Positions 62,023-64,000 of a DNA stretch of 64,000 nt are shown here, piece by piece. The stretch's first letter is position 1. Each line of letters begins with the position of its first letter. Made by a program: the position numbers and the translations under genes. Source of the DNA: a virus. The notes under the pieces are model-generated. The model worked only from the letters and a program-made list of their open reading frames with translations, was not told where the DNA came from and did no database searches. The stretch spans positions 12,450 through 76,449 of IMG/VR virus record IMGVR_UViG_3300043256_000135; one strand, 5' to 3'.

Positions 62023-62894
62023 GACAGCAATTCCGGCTTGGTCGGCCGCTTGAAGAACCCAAAGTGCACGTCTCTATCAGACCGGGTTACCGCAGCCATA
62101 AACGCCACCCGGCGACCCCGCAGCGGGTGGTCGCCGTCGCCCCACAATGGCCCATCACCACCGGCAGCTTTGTGCTCAGCTTCGAGCAGGTCATGGTACA
62201 CCTCGGGCACGCTCCCCCAGAGCAGGTAGGCACCTGTCGCAACATCACCCACGCGAACCATCATCACCAGCCGATCCCCATAGTCATTCCGCTGCATCTT
62301 CACGGACACCGCTTCCCCCTCGACTCGGACACGCCCCGCATTCTCGGGCACAGGTACCAGCACCTCAACGGGCTTTTCGCGTTCCTCCCGGGCGATCTTC
62401 ACCACCAGGGCCACCTGCTTCTCGGAAATCCCCCCGAACCGGATCAGCCCCGCCCGGATGTCCCGAACGATGCGATGGTTGATCCGTAGGTCGGCCAACA
62501 GCTCAGCCCCGCACCTTGAGGCAAACATCCTCAACCGCGCCCGATTCTGAACCCGCTCGCGCCGTGCGACGGTGGCACGCCGACGGCGTTGCTTGGCTTC
62601 GGACTTCGCTTTTCGAACTTCCTGGACCACGGGATCCCCCAGGAAATCGGCAAACGCCTTCAGGACACAATCACAACCCGTCGCGAACCGCGTCCCCACA
62701 CTACTCTCCAATGTGTAGACATCCTTGATACACTGCCCACATGAATCGCACGTCCCCGCGGCCACCGCCGGCTCTGGCCAGAATCCCAGATCCTGCCCGG
62801 CGTCGAGGGCGACGGTGTGCGTAGTGCACTCCTCGACCGATACCAGCCGATACGGCCCGGGCCCAAAGCCTTGTCGCTCGAATAGGTGTGTCAT
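62019..62894 (-). CDS. Hypothetical protein with zinc finger and OB-like C-terminus
   Basis: GTCDSCG..I...GCDC; SEKQ; FGFFKRP. Confidence 0.72.
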   Translation of the reverse strand: MTHLFERQGFGPGPYRLVSVEECTTHTVALDAGQDLGFWPEPAVAAGTCDSCGQCIKDVYTLESSVGTRFATGCDCVLKAFADFLGDPVVQEVRKAKSEAKQRRRRATVARRERVQNRARLRMFASRCGAELLADLRINHRIVRDIRAGLIRFGGISEKQVALVVKIAREEREKPVEVLVPVPENAGRVRVEGEAVSVKMQRNDYGDRLVMMVRVGDVATGAYLLWGSVPEVYHDLLEAEHKAAGGDGPLWGDGDHPLRGRRVAFMAAVTRSDRDVHFGFFKRPTKPELLS

Positions 62895-63052
62895 GCTTGT
62901 TCCTCTACCAGCATGGCTGCCGCAGTGGCCCGTGCATCGCCTTCGTCCGTGGTGTAGTAATCGCGGGCAGCTTGCCGCTGCCCGTTGATGAAGATCCGTA
63001 CCACCCATTCGTCGGTGGCGGGCAAGCGTTTGACAGTAACAGTTGCTTTCAT
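62891..63052 (-). CDS. Small hypothetical protein
   Basis: EWVVR...DYYTTD..DA..TA; -10 motif GTAGGGTAGGAT 5 nt upstream. Confidence 0.65.
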   Translation of the reverse strand: MKATVTVKRLPATDEWVVRIFINGQRQAARDYYTTDEGDARATAAAMLVEEQA

Positions 63053-63111
63053 GACCCATCCTACCCTACTCCCAGCCATGGGGTCGAGTAATTCTGAAAA
63101 AAAAAAGCGCC

Positions 63112-63327
63112 CTATTGTTTCTCAAGCGGGGTCCGTCCCAACTTCGGCCCGATCCGCCCCACGGGCGCATAACCCCCCAGCTCCGCGGCCCACTTCGCCG
63201 CGAGACCGTCCAGGCCCCGCCCAGCGGCCCGCGCGTCAACCCCGAACCACGCCACAAGCGCAGCCCGCTCCGCGTCCCACAGGGACGCCCACAAGCGGGC
63301 TAGGATCAGTCGGTCATCCTCGGTCAT
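63112..63327 (-). CDS. Hypothetical protein
   Basis: MTEDDRL...; ATGA overlap. Confidence 0.55.
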   Translation of the reverse strand: MTEDDRLILARLWASLWDAERAALVAWFGVDARAAGRGLDGLAAKWAAELGGYAPVGRIGPKLGRTPLEKQ

Positions 63328-63470
63328 CGCAACCCCACAGAGTCCGAGCACACCAGCACCGTTACGGCCAAGGCCCCGAATTTCACTTGGTACGTCACCA
63401 TCAGCACCCATCGATCCGCAGTCCCGCCGATTCCCGGCGTTTTGGTCCACGCGGCTTTCAGCACTGTCAC
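63324..63470 (-). CDS. Small hypothetical protein (48 aa)
   Basis: GTGA and ATGA overlaps on both sides. Confidence 0.5.
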   Translation of the reverse strand: MTVLKAAWTKTPGIGGTADRWVLMVTYQVKFGALAVTVLVCSDSVGLR

Positions 63471-63700
63471 CGCTCCGCCCTCAGTCGCCTAGCGGCACCA
63501 TCAGCTCCGCCCAACCCACAAAGCGCCGCGCGCTCCCGGGCCACAGTCGCCAGCAGGGTTTCCCCCTTCCGGTCTCCGGCCCGCATTGTCGCACTCTGCC
63601 GCCACTCCGGCGATCGTAACAGGTCGTCCAGGAAGGCCCGCAGGCAATCTCGGAAGCGGTGCACCGCTCGGGCTGCGTGTTCCTGTAGTTTGGCGTCCAT
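63467..63700 (-). CDS. Hypothetical protein
   Basis: 77 aa. Confidence 0.55.
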   Translation of the reverse strand: MDAKLQEHAARAVHRFRDCLRAFLDDLLRSPEWRQSATMRAGDRKGETLLATVARERAALCGLGGADGAARRLRAER

Positions 63701-63703
63701 GGT

Positions 63704-63844
63704 TCAGCTTACCGACTTGTGGACTATGGAAGCCAGAGCCGACATCAGCATGCAAACGATCCACCCGCCGCCGCCGATTAGAATGGACACGCGTACGAGA
63801 TAGTTATCCCAGGTGTCCGAGATTATGTTGCGAATTGTGTTCAT
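63704..63844 (-). CDS. Small membrane protein (46 aa)
   Basis: MNTIRNIISDTWDNY...; GTGGGGTAGGAT motif 6 nt upstream. Confidence 0.5.
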   Translation of the reverse strand: MNTIRNIISDTWDNYLVRVSILIGGGGWIVCMLMSALASIVHKSVS

Positions 63845-64000
63845 GCCACCATCCTACCCCACGAAACCGCCCGCGGTCGGGCAATTCCAAAACTTTCAGT
63901 CCGGCCGTCCGAATTCATCCATACTATCGGCCACACCGACCGCAAGATTCCGCACCCACCCCCACACGCCCCCAAAGCCCCGCACCGGGCGCCACAACCC

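Noticed and set aside
63097-63106. A10 run as a terminator or phase-variable tract
   Set aside because: Intergenic with no convincing GC hairpin before the U-tract; function cannot be supported.
1-64000. Stop-codon reassignment; integrated prophage boundaries
   Set aside because: Core genes read through intact in the standard code using all three stops; no host genes, integrase or att pair were seen.

Overview
The window is most of a GC-rich tailed dsDNA phage genome, a siphovirus with a YuA/Chi-like layout. Nearly all genes are on the minus strand and tightly coupled by ATGA/TAATG overlaps. 1-23.3 kb holds replication, nucleotide-metabolism and accessory genes: SNF2 helicase, sigma-70 factor, SSB-like protein, tRNA-His, Dda/RecD-like helicase, two methyltransferase-like genes, dATP/dGTP diphosphohydrolase, PolA, dCMP and dCTP deaminases, primase-helicase, trypsin-like lipoprotein, two phosphoesterases, HD hydrolase, ClpP and SprT. 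23.7-61 kb is the morphogenesis module: TerS, HNH, TerL, portal, an ~8 kb block of fibre/lectin-like genes, a split prohead protease, gpE-type capsid, tail tube, -1 frameshifted tail chaperones, tape measure and tail tip. 61.5-64 kb holds small early genes. No integrase, endolysin, CRISPR array or reverse transcriptase was recognised, and the genome continues beyond the window. Most notable: (1) an ORF missing from the supplied track (1-761, minus) carries a capsid-like peptide between two in-frame 42-nt direct repeats plus a weaker portal-like peptide, possibly a decoy protein against capsid/portal-sensing defences; (2) a multibranch structured RNA and a non-canonical tRNA-like element upstream of tRNA-His; (3) two related GTAC-rich palindromic loci bracketing the virion module; (4) a protease/phosphoesterase operon. 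All family assignments come from motif recognition by eye; no database search was run.
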